64,000 bases of DNA from Callorhinchus milii (lineage: Eukaryota): contig NW_024704743.1 of assembly GCF_018977255.1 (NCBI RefSeq), forward strand, positions 49,788,001 to 49,852,000. The letters run 5' to 3'. Below, in pieces: positions 11,031-22,504 of the stretch. The first letter of the stretch is position 1, and the number at the start of each line of letters is the position of its first letter. Under the pieces are notes generated by a model. The model was given only the letters and a program-made list of their open reading frames with translations, did no database searches and was not told the origin of the DNA. Both the position numbers and the translations under genes were made by a program.

Positions 11031-13010
11031 CTGGTATGATCAGAAAGTAAGACAGCAAGTTACAAATATGATCTTGCAACAGTGTGATTAGGTCAGAAAC
11101 AGTTAAGAATGATAAATATGCTTAATGTATAGTCTTGACTGCGCTTTCAGTCATCTTTCCCCTCCCCATCTCCCTCGGATCAACCCCCACCTGTCCCCAG
11201 CTCAGATGCCAAGCACTTTGAGACATCCGCCTGACGTGAAAGACACTATATTTGTATTTATTCAAATTACAATAAATTGTATTATCAGAAACCAAAGTTT
11301 TGGTGAATGGCTGAGAGACGGTTTTAACATAGTCTTTGGAAATAGGTATGGATTACCGTGTATTGATTGCCAGGGAATGAAGTGATGATGAGGTTGTCAA
11401 GCAGCCAAAGGCCAAGCTGTGCAGTTCACACCAGTGCTCTCATATAGTCAATAGTGGAGGCTTTGAAAGCCTAACAACAATGGATGTTCTGAGAGAGATC
11501 CATTATTTTAGGCTCTCCTGAGAGGTTCCAACAGAGTCTGAGGCACAGCTGGGGGAACATATGTAGCTGCAAGCTCTATACTCCCAACCTCTTATCTTAA
11601 AATTTCAGAACTAAAAATGTGTGCATGTGATCTTTCTTTCCCTTCCCTCTCTAACCTTTTAGCTCCACAGATAGTAAAACGATAACCCACGATTAGTATT
11701 GAGGTGATACTCAACATAAAACATGTAGCCTGGTTTCCCAGTTTCCCAAAGCCAGAGGTAAAAGTGATCAACGTTATTGCTCTCTGAAGAGATGCCATTT
11801 GAGGAACATAGAGCTTGTTTAATTCTTAAAGATGAAGTATTATTTTTCAGGAAGCTTAGTATTTGTCTGATTTCAGATATTTTCTTTTACTTAAGCTTTA
11901 CTCCATTGAATGCAGAATGTTTGAAAACCCATTATTAAGTAAATCTCTGTCTCACTTAACTAAATCCAAACCCTGGCAATGAAATGTAGGACAGGATGAC
12001 CAACAAATGGTGTTTGGCTCAGCGGTTTCCTGGCATTCTCCAAATCACAATTAGCTGTTTTACAAATATCGCAGATTAGATGGTTCACTGAAGATGCAAT
12101 TAGAGTTTCCAATCCTGTTTGTGAATATTATAAGTTAGACCCCAGTGAGCTGTAGAATGAATTAATGCAAAAGCTAAGAAAATACAGGAATAAGGAATAT
12201 TGCAGAGACAGTCCACGTGATCAAACTTACCATTCTGTTCTGTCACTGACATGATTATTCTTTTCTCAGTTTCCCAAAACCAGAGGTAAAAGTGATTAAC
12301 ATTACTGATCTCTCAAACTTCATCCCAATCAGGATGGATCTCATTTTATCACTGCTTCTATCTCCTCCAAGACATTTTTATGAATATTAAAAGCTTTTCT
12401 GAAACTTTCCCACACCATTCTCATGAAATGTTGCTTATGCCATTGAATTCCTTTTAGTTCTTTGTAAATTGATACTGGCTTCTCGCACTTTCAATTCATT
12501 TTTGTTTGTTACATTAAAAGTTCCACTCTTGAACAATAAATCTTATCGGAAGCTAATAACTAGTGGACATTTAACCCTATCATTAAACCTTTAGAATCTG
12601 GATGACTGTGTAAACTGCTTATGTTTTGCTCTCTTTAAATTGTAGCCCTATAATATATATTATTTGTTGTTCCTTCTTGGAATTTATCTTTATCGCCTAA
12701 TACAATCCTATTTGTACGGATGTTTGATTTTGAAAAGCAAATCTGTGTTCTGCAAAGTCTTTGGAGATTCTTTACTCAAATAGCAAACACTTTTGACAAT
12801 AATCTTGGCAGAACTAGAGAGTCTGCTGCGAAAATATTCAACCTTTTTCATCTTCTGCCAATTAATTGGAAGCACCTCTTGCAATGTAAATTTGGGTTTG
12901 TATTACAGCATTGTCAGCATGTGAGGCTTTCTTTGACTGCTGTCTTAGTAATAAATAGATAATCAAAGATCCTGTGAACATTAATGAAGTTAAAACAGAT
13001 TGTGATCATG

Positions 13011-13186
13011 TGGAGTCCTATAGCTCAGTGATTAGAGCACTCGCCTCGCAAGCGAAAGACCTGGGTTCGATTCCTAGCAGGGTGAAACCTTCACACGCCT
13101 GATAATAATCCCTCAAGAAAAAAATTATAATTTGGTCGCTCAATCCACGACTGTATGTGGGACACTGCTATGCGCAATTGGCTGTC
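13011..13186 (+). mobile_element. SINE 5' half (tRNA head)
   Basis: tggagtcctatagctcagtgattagagcactcgcctcgcaagcg...gttcgattcc. Confidence 0.85.
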
Positions 13187-14064
13187 ACAGAAAGTTGGTT
13201 TGATTCTGATATTCTATTGGAGTCAGTTCAACTCAGTAAGGTCCTGAGTCCTGATTCCAGGAACTCCCTATGAGCTTCCTGGTGGGCACCACAGCCCAGC
13301 ATGAAATGCATGACAACATTGCCACAATCTTCCTGCCCACCACTCGGACACACATTCCTTCCCATTGAGCAATGGTATTTGAGCAGAGAGAAGTGCACAT
13401 CCAATATGGTGAACATCTTGGCAGTGAAAAATTCTGCTGCATGAAACAAGATTTTGGCTTAAAAATATTTTGCTGTACAAAGAAGTTGAGTCTTACTCCA
13501 CTGAATACAGAATGTTTAAAAACAAATTACAGAGTAAACAGGAGGGCAACAAAAACATAATTGCATTATAATAATAATAGCAATCCTTGCATTTGCTCTA
13601 GCATGTTTCATGTTGGAAAGACATCACAAAGTTTCATAACTGTGCATTTTGTAGGAAAAATTGTCACAACTATGAAAACTTGCTTAAAACAGTATTGCAC
13701 TGTACAATTATACTGAGAGAAACATTCCCCTATTTTAGACTCAAAAAAGTGAAAACAGAAATACAGCAAAAGTATACTTTTTACAATTTTCAGAGAAGCA
13801 TCAATGAGTATTGAACAAAAAAATTCTGATCAAGTTTCAAGGCATTAAATTGAGAGTGTAAATTTTATATTTTTTTTAGAAAAATAATCCTCCAAATATA
13901 AAAATGGGTAAATAAAATTGTTTTACAGAAAATGCATTTTAATGTTAATGATCCTTATTGCAGTGCAGGAGTATGTATATATTGCTTTGGGAGGTTTATT
14001 ATCCATCAGGGTGAGTAGTTACCTTGAACATAGATGAACCTGATGCACTTAAAAGCCCACTTAC

Positions 14065-14223
14065 CCAGGAACACCTCCAGCTTCCATATGATTTGCGAGA
14101 GTAACATCATGTGACCAGACATCATATTGCCACTTTTGCAGTCCAATAACTCCACAAAGAACATTTCCAGAATGGACTCCTACACGCATGTTAATGTCAA
14201 CTCCTGTGGCGTCTCTTACCTTC
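14065..14223 (-). CDS. ADCY2: ADCY2 coding exon (exon 8 equivalent, 159 bp)
   Basis: (K)[52 protein letters not shown](G). CAG acceptor 14226-14224, donor GTAAGT. Confidence 0.97.
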
Positions 14224-14319
14224 CTGTAAAAGTAAAGGACGAGCGATGCTATTCACTTTTACTCTACAATGGGAAGTGTTACTCTGCTGTCATAGCTTTT
14301 ACTCAACAACGATTATTAA

Positions 14320-14531
14320 ACCCGGATCGCTTTTCCGGGGTTAATAATCCCTTGAAAAAAAATGTGATCACTCAATCCACGACTGTTTCTGGGACACTGC
14401 TGTGCGCAATTGGCTGCAGCATTTCGCCCACAAAATATTCAAACAATTCACTTTACAGTATATTCTGTGAAGCGCTTTGAGACGTCGCGAAGACATGAAA
14501 AGGCGTTATATCAAATGTAAGGATTATATAA
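14320..14531 (+). mobile_element. 5'-truncated SINE about 100 bp from the exon 8 acceptor
   Basis: taataatccc...gggacactgctgtgcgcaattggctgc...gtgaagcgctttgagacgtc...aaatgtaaggattat. Confidence 0.85.
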
Positions 14532-16102
14532 TAAGAAGCACTGCTTTGGTATGAATGTTGTTTTGGCTGTACAATGCAGAAAATGCAGTACATTGCAGAT
14601 TTTAGATTTTAAAAAAGTACAAATAGAAATACAGCACAAATAAACTTTTTACAATTTTGAGACCCAAACATTACTCTGGTACAAATGTTTTTTCTTGCTG
14701 TACAATGGGAAGCAATGTATTTTGCTCTACAATGGAACGCGTTGCTCTGGTATAAATAGCCTTTGTTTCTTAATAGATACAATGGAAATTATTGTTATGC
14801 TTACACATAAAAAAAATCCCAGTTATTTATTGCAGAATTCTAGTCCTCTAGGGCTTGTCTGGAATTTCTAGTGGGACATAATAATGACAAAAATTTCCAA
14901 CTTAAAATAACTAAGTTATTATACTGCCTTACAATACTACACTAATGCAGCCCATTGACTGACTATTCAAAAGCAATTCAGATATACACATATTATAACC
15001 ATCAGTCTTGACTAATGAAACCATTTACAGGAAACACTATCCGTACAGCATTTTGTATATGGTGTACTAATGACTATCACAGAGAAATCTGCTGTGTGAG
15101 CTACCTCTTTCTTAGAAGCCAAAAAAAGAGGTACTTAATGCAGTGTCATCCTTCAAATAATGTTATGTTACTGCTGGAAAATGCATAGATATTGTAAATC
15201 CATAACCGAATATAAGACATCTAATGCAAAAACATGTACTCACTTTAAGCCCATTTATTCACTCCACTGATAACTCGCATTGCATAACAAAATATTGTAT
15301 AGACAGTATTTCCTGGAAATGGATTCATCAGTCAACTAATGTCTGTTACACATCTATATCTAAATTGCTTTTGAATGTCAAATGTTTAGGGAAGTAATGA
15401 GTCGATTTAAGCATCGCACTTCAACAGCCGATAGTGCTTTTATCAAGCACTTATTCATGTGTGACTCACATTATAACACTAGCAACCACTTCCCAAGTTA
15501 TATCCAATATCTTGGTAGAGCTATATCATCTGCTGATTGTGGAGTGGAACTGGTGGGGTCACAGTTAGTTCAAAATGAGGATGAGAGAAAAAATTTTACC
15601 CTAGGTAATAATTTTCGTGCTGCTCGTTTACCTTATGCTTTGCCTGCTTGAGATTCACTAGCTGTGAATTTTGTTCTAAATTTCCAGAATTACTATTAAG
15701 CAAAATAAAATCCAGCCTGTGATTAGCACAAATTTAAATTAAATCTCTCTAGACTACATTGCTTAAAAATGTATTTTGCTTTTCACACATATATACATGC
15801 ATTTAGTATCTATAATAATGAAATGGCTCAAATTGCTTTACAGGAATTTGATGCCAAATGTATTGAATGTTTATTTGTAGACAGCATCGCCAGCCTGGCT
15901 CATTGGCAGGACTTGGAAGGGCAGACCAGTCACTGGGAACAGGGACTCTTCCCACTCAGCTCCCATTAAATCTGCAAACCAAAGCCCTAACAGGTAGGGT
16001 GGTCTTAGCAGTGGACAAGCAGTGGGATAGCTTGCCAGATAGCATGCTGTGCAGTTTTAGTTTTAGACGCATGCTCTGGGGTCCCCAAACCTTGGCTCTA
16101 AG

Positions 16103-16260
16103 AATTAGGTAAGCAGGATGCGTCCTTCCAGGGAGCGAGGGTACATAGCATTCCAATGAATCATCTCAGGAATTTCCATGTGTAGGCTGGATGCATGTGG
16201 CTTGGATGCTCTTGGATACTCTTAAGCAAAGTGATGGGTTTCCATATGTGTCAGACACCC
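16103..16260 (+). repeat. Unclassified ~160-bp interspersed repeat (copy 1 of 3)
   Basis: aattaggtaagcaggatg...gcattcca...ttggatactcttaagc...gtgatg...tatgtgtcagacac recurs at about 45113-45270 and 52272-52427, all in the same orientation. Confidence 0.7.
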
Positions 16261-18360
16261 AGCTGTCAGATAGCAGGATAGTCCCCACTTTGATGATGGA
16301 GCTTCTTGATCATTTGTGCAGTGTTTGAACAACAAACATATGAAAGAAACGTGCTGGCTCAGCAGGGGGCAGTGATAGAAAATGCATTCTTAATTTGTTC
16401 CGATACCTGTACCAGTACTGATCTATCCTTAGCAGGATGCAGCTACTACTGGGGACAGATTCCACCTGGGTCTAGATATACTCATTTGGTGTAGCATTAC
16501 AGAGTGTGCAGAACTTGGGAATCTTTATTTTGAAGCTGGTTTGTCTGAGTTCTTTTAAAAACTACAGAAAACCTGCTTCAAAGTTCAGATTAAATTCAAC
16601 AATTTGGCAAGATCTGGACAGTTTTAAACCCTATCCATGTGTATTTTCTACCCTTATATTCAATATCACACATTTACTGTGTTCTAATTACGTAAAATAG
16701 GAAAGATAGTGAATACGGTAATTTTGATCTACACAATTAACCAAAAGCTATATCAAAACTCAAGATGTTTCTTCGATTTCTTAAAGCTTCTGTATCCCAG
16801 TTTCACTTGTGCATGACAATGTTCCTTTAGATTTCATACAGCATCTTATTACATCAAGACATCTAAAAGTCCAACACAGTTTTCTGTAAAGTGTAATGAC
16901 TGAGTATCTGAGTAGGTGAACATGGCAACCAATTTGCGCAGAGCAATGACCCACAAACAGCCATGAAATGAATAAACAATTTTGTTTCATCTGCGAGGAT
17001 TGTTGGCCAGGACACTGGGAGAAACTCCCTTCTCTTTCCAAATAGTGCCATGAAATCTTTAACATCTACCTGAACAGACAGATAGAACCTCCGTCTAAGG
17101 TCTCATCTGAAGGACATGGCTTTGACAATTGGGCACTCCCCTTACCCACCACCTTCCCCACCACTGCATTTGGGTGCCACCCTAGAGTCTGGGGCCTAGA
17201 ACAATGGTTCTCAGACAAATTTTTTTAGTGACCTCAGTGTGCGGCTACCAGCACTCGCTCCCGCCCTCACGGCACTTCCTGGGAGCTGAGTCTGGGTCAC
17301 CTCTTCCGCACCGCAGGCTCATCGTGTGCTCCAACTCAAACTATAAGAACCGGCATTTGTTGCGCTACACACACACACACACTCTCCTCCCCTCTCCCCC
17401 TCAGGCAGGAGGCACCTATGCCCACACAAAATCAACATTGGCTCTGTTTCTGTTAAAGTACATATAATTGCAGTAACAACTGTTAACGCTCTGGGACACT
17501 ACCCTACGTGAGGGTGCTTTATAAAAGCAAGTTGTTGTTGTTGAAGTTGTTGCTTAACTGGATTAAGGACTGGGTAAACATAAACAGGATTCATTGATCA
17601 TTCAATGAACATAAAGGGTAGTGATTGCTGGATACGTGAAACAAAGGGTGTCTGCAATGGGCCATGATGCCGCACTTGAGAAACGTGGCCTAGACTATGT
17701 GAACTCAAAATCCCAATATAGGCTTGAACCCACAACCTTCTCTTTCAGAGAATGGTCCCAGAATGGCCAGGCTGACACTCTACATGAAGGAAAACATAAA
17801 TTAAACCCGGATTATGATTCCAACCTCTACTTATGATTAATTTACTGTGAATCTAGTCATTTTATAACCTTGGGCACAAGTACATTGGTTTCAGTTTTTT
17901 TGTCAGTCCTGTTTAGTCCTGTTATGTTTCCCTGTTGCTGTCACTTTTGCCATCTGATGATGGCAGGAGCAGAGATATTATTTCAGTAGGCGAGTTATTG
18001 ATTGACTGACCTGCCTGTGAGTGTAACACATGGAGTTCTGCATTAGGCTGCTGGTTAGCAGCCAATTCATTTCTTCTACTTGTACTTAATCATTTCTAAT
18101 CATAGAGAGCAAAATTTCCACCTGATGTGGTGGCAACATTTTATTTGGTGTAATTACATCACGACAACGTAGTTTCCCTCCCCAAGGTCCAACGACTGTA
18201 ATTAATGTAAATGTAACAGCTGCTCAGAAGCCCAGTGTGTGGTTTGCAATGATACAGAATTGAATGTTCCACTCAATCACATTTACCTACAAATACACAA
18301 CAACGTACATTTATATAGCACCCTTGCTGTAAGATAATGTCTCGGGTTTATATCAGATTT

Positions 18361-18637
18361 TATTCCCGGGCAGGGCGAAACGTTGGGCAAGTTTCCTTAC
18401 TCCACACGGGTCTGCTTACTAAGCAGTAAGTAGGAAACCAATTGTTAGCTGATTGGCGGCTGCTTTTCTGGGAGTAATAATTTATTCAAAATAATAATAA
18501 ATTGGTCACTTGGCCACAACTGTTTGTAGGTGCAATTGGCTGCCACGTTTTGCCTACAAAAAATATAGTCAATTCACTTTACAGTATTCTATAAAGCACT
18601 TTGTGATGTATGAAATGCAAGGATTATTGTTATTATT
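18361..18637 (+). mobile_element. SINE, long subfamily, 5'-truncated
   Basis: attcccgggcagggcgaaacgttgggcaagtttccttactccacac...(att)n. Confidence 0.85.
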
Positions 18638-21600
18638 AATATTTAAAGACAGATTAGAGAGGGTTGAGGTGGAGGAATAGAGGCAGGGAGTTAGGAGCAT
18701 AGTGATTGAAGTCTCAGTCACCAATTATGGAGCAGAGGGGTCAGGGGAAATGCAGGAGGTCTGTGTTAGCTGAACGGAGGAGGTGGGCAGAGGACTGGGG
18801 TATGAGGTGAGGCGTTAAAGCATGGAGGGATTTAAATGTGAAAGTGAGGACCTTGAAATGGATCTGTTTGGAGATTAGAGACAAAGAGCCGGTCGAATCT
18901 CACTGGTGTGATGGGCAGATGGAGTTAAATCCTTTCAATGATGTGATAAGGCAATGCACCAAATGCAAAAATTACCATTATTATTATATTGTATTCAGGT
19001 AAAGATTATATTTACCATATCAACAGATGTGCAAACACACTCACATTTGATTTATTTTTTGGATGCAAATAATATGGAAAAGTCCAATTAACCTGATCTT
19101 TATGCTGGTTATGCTGATCTTCAGCCAATACACTTCCTCCACAGAGAACACACACTTGAATGAAACATTTGCTCATTAAAATGATACCTGTAAATAAATA
19201 CTTTGCACAGACCAACAGTTGTAGAACACTGGGCTCTGTTTCTGTTAAAGTGCATAAAATTGCAGCAACAACTGTTTAACTGGATTAAAGATCGGGTAAA
19301 CATGAACAGGATTCATTGATCATTCAGTGAACATAAAAGACAGTGATTGCTGGAAACATGAAACAAAGAAAACAAAGGCTGAAAATTCACAGCAGGTCTA
19401 TCGGCATGCTAATGTTAGGGAATATAAAATGTTCATCAGAAATGTTTTGAAGAACTGATGAAGAGCAAAGCCTTTAATGTTAAATTATCTTTCTCGTACA
19501 GAACCCTTACTGATCCACTGGACAATCCCAGTGTTTGTTTTTTCTGCTTTGTTAATCACTTGATCAGTTCCCGATTTCTGTGTTCTGTTCTTTTTCTAAT
19601 TGTCATGATTTTTTTCTAACTATTAAGTTCTAATTACTGGATTGGCAAAACTGCAGGAATATGATGCCTCGTAATCATGGATCTGAACAGATCCAAGTGT
19701 TCAGTCTTGTGATTCACTCTGAAGCATTTCCTGCAGGAGATGCACCTTACATTCCAAGGTGCTTTTCCCTGAGCAAAGTATAATTTACTGGAATGGGAAA
19801 ACCACAATGGAATAGTTTTTCCATTCCAATCCTTTCCTTCCCAAATACTAACCTTTCTATCTTCCCATCTTAGCATCAAGCTGTTTTATTAAATTAGTCC
19901 ACTGTTGTGGGCGATACCACCTTTCCTCGTACCCATTTTACCTGCGTAAAGAAATACTTTGTGGCATCTGACCTAACCTTTGCCCTTAGCAATTCTGAAC
20001 TTCTTGTCGTATTGCCTTGGTATATCTGAAAGCATTGTTCTTTGGCTCCCTCAGAATTTCAGTGTGTCAAGGAATGATACGAGGTGGGTTTCTTATTGCA
20101 TTTTCCTGCAGAGCATTCTTCTGCCTAACCTGGAGTAGGCAATATGCAAAATACTGTACAATAATAATCCTTACATTTGATATTGTGCCTTTCACGTTGG
20201 GAGGAAGTCTCAAAGCGCTTCACAGGATATAATGTAAAGTGAGTGTGTGCTTTTTTAGGTGAACAAATATAAGGGAATCTATTGAGTATACACCCAAGTT
20301 CTGTTTTTGAGTCACTTCATGTAACTCTTGTATACTTCCAAGGATATGTTAAAGAGCAAAACTGTTGCATATTTGGAAACAAAAAAATGCAACAGTTAGT
20401 CTGAGGAAATCTAAAGGGAGAAAAAAAAGGATTAACTCTTAAATATGTAAGGAAAAGTTTCTTATTCCTGCAACAGTATTTGCAACCTGTCCTATTGTTC
20501 ACCTACAAAAACTACAGTCACTACACTTTATAATAAATCTTGTGAAGCGGCTTTGAGACTTGTGGCCAACATGAATACCGCAACATCAAAAGATTATTAT
20601 TATTATCCTTTTAGCTCTTGCATTTGTTTGTTAAATTGAAATTACAATTTGTACTTGTTGGTTTCTTGAATCTTTTAAGATATTTCTGAATCACTTTTAG
20701 ATTATTTTGAACTTGTTAAACAATTTTGGACTTTCCACAGTGGTTTTGAATTTCATAGCAGGGATACAAGTATTTTCTTTCAACATCCCTCACAATTGGC
20801 TCAAAAGAGTCCCATTATTCTTCAGTTTATTTTCTCGTTCTGCTGCACACTTAAACCTCCCTGGAGCTGCTCTCACTGTGCAACTCTCACAGCTCCACAG
20901 TGCAGCTTTCCTAATAGCTTTTCATCCTGTATGTGACCATTCCAAGCTTTGCTCATGGAAGCAGTCCCTGGACTACCAAAGGTTCATTCAATTCTCATGA
21001 GTTGTTGTTGTGTGCTGCCTTGTAAACTAAGCAGCTCTGATTTATATCATTGTTTACAATCTGTTCACACCAATAGGATTACATTTCATAAATCATCAGA
21101 CCAGGAGAAGTCTTGTGCTAACAAAAATAACCTTTGCCTATGACAAAAGATGTTATTGACACTGCTTGCTGAGTAACTTAGTGGCATTGGTAAAAACTGT
21201 ATTTGTCTACTTTGTGGAGCTCTCAGTTAGAGTTCCAAAGCCCTGTGTGCCTGTGCCAACTTAACGTTTCTGAAACTTTTTTAAAAAATTGCATAATATT
21301 GCTGAAGGTACCTATATCCAGTCCATTCTCTCTTGGAGATAATCAGCCTGGACAAATGTTGAGAACTTGCAGAGCACAGGAGGGAATGTGAATCATGAAA
21401 CACCAACCAGAGGCACGTTTGTCTACAATATACACAGTCACTGTACTTCACGCTGTGAAGTGCTTTGATTGTTCTCCTGACACGAACGGTGCTATATCAC
21501 ATGTTAGGATCATTATTATTATTGCCTGCCAGACATGCTCGCTCCACATCTTTGTCACATGTTTGTGTTTGCGGTGGAATCATACCGTATCTAAGGCACA

Positions 21601-21904
21601 AATTCCTCATAGTCTTAGCTTAGGTCTCAGCCACTGTTTTTAAATTTAGAATTATGCAGAATTTTTAAAAAATCTTAAATCCAATGTGATTTGGAAGCTG
21701 CTTTACTATGGTTATTAGTTATTTCTGTTCAAAGAACTGTCTCGATGTTCCTGGAGGGGAAACAATAGCTGTCCAGAATCTCTTGGTCTCCCAGAAGGAT
21801 AACCCAAGACCAGTGACTGACGACTGACTTTGTCTAGAATTTGGCAAATTGTTTAGTTCAGTTTTACCTTTGAAATTTTAATTTAAATTGTACGTCCAAC
21901 AGGA

Positions 21905-22088
21905 GCATAATAATTTGATCACTCAAGCTATGACTGTTTGTGGGACACTGCTGTGCACTATTGACTGCCACGTTTCGCCCACAAAATATACAGTGAATTC
22001 ACTTTACAGTATATTCCATAAAGCACTTTTAGATGTCTCGAAAGCGTGATAAGGAGCTATATCAAATGCAAGCATTATTATTATTATT
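21905..22088 (+). mobile_element. SINE 3' portion 64 bp from the exon 7 donor
   Basis: gactgtttgtgggacactgctgtgc...aaatgcaagc(att)n. Confidence 0.85.
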
Positions 22089-22151
22089 CCAGTAAAATCA
22101 GTTGTGAATCATTTGTACAGCTCAAAATGCCAGATGTATAGAGTAACTTAC

Positions 22152-22279
22152 TTTATAGCTTCACACATGTCCAAGCCCATTTTCACACAGTTTTTGGCAT
22201 GATTCGGCAGCGAGATTGGCAAACCAGACACACAGTAGTAGCAATCCCCTAAAATCTTGATTCTCATACAGTCATTTTC
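22152..22279 (-). CDS. ADCY2: ADCY2 coding exon (exon 7 equivalent, 128 bp)
   Basis: [42 protein letters not shown](K). CAG acceptor 22282-22280, donor GTAAGT. Contains the second catalytic Asp (GDCYY). The preceding intron is only 113 bp. Confidence 0.97.
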
Positions 22280-22392
22280 CTGAAATGAATCAAAGGCAAA
22301 AGTTACTTTGATAGTACTGAAAAGCAAAGTGTATATAATCTTGAATGTATATTCCTGGGGGAGCCTTGCCTGCCTGCATACTTACTGCCTAC

Positions 22393-22504
22393 CTTTGCAA
22401 TTTGATCAAACTTGCCGAATAGCTCATTGAGCATGTGCACAAGCTCTCCAGGCGAACAGTCACTGGCCAGGCGTGTGAAGCCCACAATGTCAGCGTACAA
22501 TATA
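22393..22504 (-). CDS. ADCY2: ADCY2 coding exon (exon 6 equivalent, 112 bp), start of C1a catalytic domain
   Basis: (S)[40 protein letters not shown] acceptor 22507-22505, donor GTAGGC. Contains the first metal-binding Asp (ADIVGFT). Confidence 0.97.
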
